A stretch of DNA of 54,808 nt, filler included, from Sluysia triapertura (Eukaryota): NCBI GenBank assembly GCA_046118255.1. It is 4 parts of 4 records of this genome, joined end to end, with 100 filler letters (N's around TTAATTAATTAA, not from the genome) between each part and the next. Parts side by side here need not be neighbours in the genome. Positions count along the whole stretch, not along the records: positions 40,301 to 54,808 come from JBJNIA010256630.1; 3 more parts are not named here. One strand, 5' to 3'. The number at the start of each line of letters is the position of its first letter. The first letter of the stretch is position 1. The notes beneath the pieces were generated by a model, which ran no database searches, was not told the DNA's origin, and saw only the letters and a list, made by a program, of their open reading frames with translations. The translations under genes were made by a program, and so were the position numbers. Shown here piece after piece: positions 53,500-54,808 of this stretch.

Positions 53500-54330
53500 C
53501 TTAATTATATTCACCTAAAATAAAATAAGGAAAATGAACAAAATAATAGTTTACTCAAAATAGAACCATGGGTGATGTAACAAAAAATTAAATTATTTAC
53601 TCCTCAAAAAGCGGTTCGGAAATTTTATAAATAAATGAAGAAACAATTATGAAAGCAATTATGAATTTTAATGTAAATTTATTAATAAATCCCGACTATG
53701 AGTAATCTCACTATAACAGAAGAACTACAGATCATTCACAAAACAGTCTTTTCTAATAAAAAATTATTTTTATTATTTTCCAAAAATAATACAATGTAAA
53801 ATTACCCCCAAACTACTTTTATTATTTAAAGTAACAAAATATAAAACAAAACAGATATAAAATTTAGTTCGACACAATAATTTCGCATTACTGGTTGTGT
53901 TTTAAATATTTTAAGTATTTTCTTTTATACTTTCCCGTCATCAAATCAATCCTGAATCTCACAATCAAATACTTTCTCACAAATAATCAAAACCGATTCC
54001 CAGTTTTGACAATTACATGGTACGGTTTGTCCAACTTTAATAGGTACAAAACACAAAAATTTGATTAATGATTAACTATCACTTTCTATTTTTTATTTAA
54101 ATTACATCTCACATTAAAATAACAATTAACACTATTGTTAACTTACATATAACATAATGAATTTAATTTCAGTTTGTAGAATTTAATTCATTTAATGAAA
54201 AATGTTTAAGGTTCTTACTCACAAACAAACCACTCTACAAAAATTCCAAACTCAGTTCTAGATTTTCCTCTTTCTGTGGTGGCCAACTTTATCACTCAAA
54301 TTTCAACGCATTACATCATTCTAAAAAATC
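53500..54330 (+). repeat. Dispersed repeat with decayed ORF (copy C)
   Basis: Colinear with the reverse complement of about 12290-13230 and with 40860-41240. Confidence 0.8.
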
Positions 54331-54808
54331 ACAATTTTAAAACATTTTAAAAATCCATAATATGATTCCATCTAGTCATTGTTACCAAATGGTTATATCG
54401 TCTGTATCAAAATCCGTCAGATTCAAGTATTAGTATTATCTTTTTATTCAAAGTATACTATTCTAATAACTATTTGAAGGTATATCTTTATATTTCACTC
54501 TTATTAATGCATTTTTATAACTACGAAATATTAATTTACTGTTCTTCATTTGTCTTAATTATATGTAGCGTATGCACCTTAACATGTTTGAAGATGAAAC
54601 CATATTAAATTTTGTATTCTAGACGTTTTACAAATCAAAATTTTATAAATTTCATATGTAATAAATCAATTAGTCTTTATATTTATTTCACTTTGTATAA
54701 AAGAGAATTTTATGAATTAAAAACAACATATTGTTGGGATTAGTAAAGAATAAGGGTTGATAGAAGGGTCAAAACTTAGGACTGCAGTGTCAGTGGAACA
54801 TTATTAAA

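Overview
Very AT-rich eukaryotic (animal-like) genomic DNA with many 32-36 nt GT-AG introns next to kb-sized, repeat-filled introns. This style is compatible with a compact parasite genome such as an orthonectid, but the organism is only a guess. Three 100-bp spacers (N44-TTAATTAATTAA-N44) and one 129-N gap split the window into segments that may not be truly adjacent. One gene can be spliced completely by hand: a 12-exon RBBP6/PACT orthologue (42141-52009, +, 1037 aa). Partial genes are four exons of an SLC9A Na+/H+ exchanger (27783-37869, +) and the terminal exon of TMEM164 (20425-21060, -). The first 11.6 kb holds damaged gene fragments: SAM50 with a frameshift, ELP1 with a frameshift at a TA run, a possible calpain-like relic, and unidentified pseudo-exons. 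The rest is transposon debris (Merlin/IS1595-type transposase, an RLE-clade non-LTR retrotransposon, a FLYWCH fragment, TTAA-flanked piggyBac-like MITEs, a Tc1/pogo-like MITE, hAT-like ends, a solo-LTR-like family, a tRNA-containing mini-element) plus a dispersed, decayed, possibly LRR-coding repeat family. I see no convincing new multi-gene system. The best leads are the tRNA-bearing TGTT...AACA mini-element, the decayed LRR-like family, the damaged SAM50/ELP1 copies and the Cys-rich loop of the exchanger. All homology calls come from remembered motifs, not database searches.
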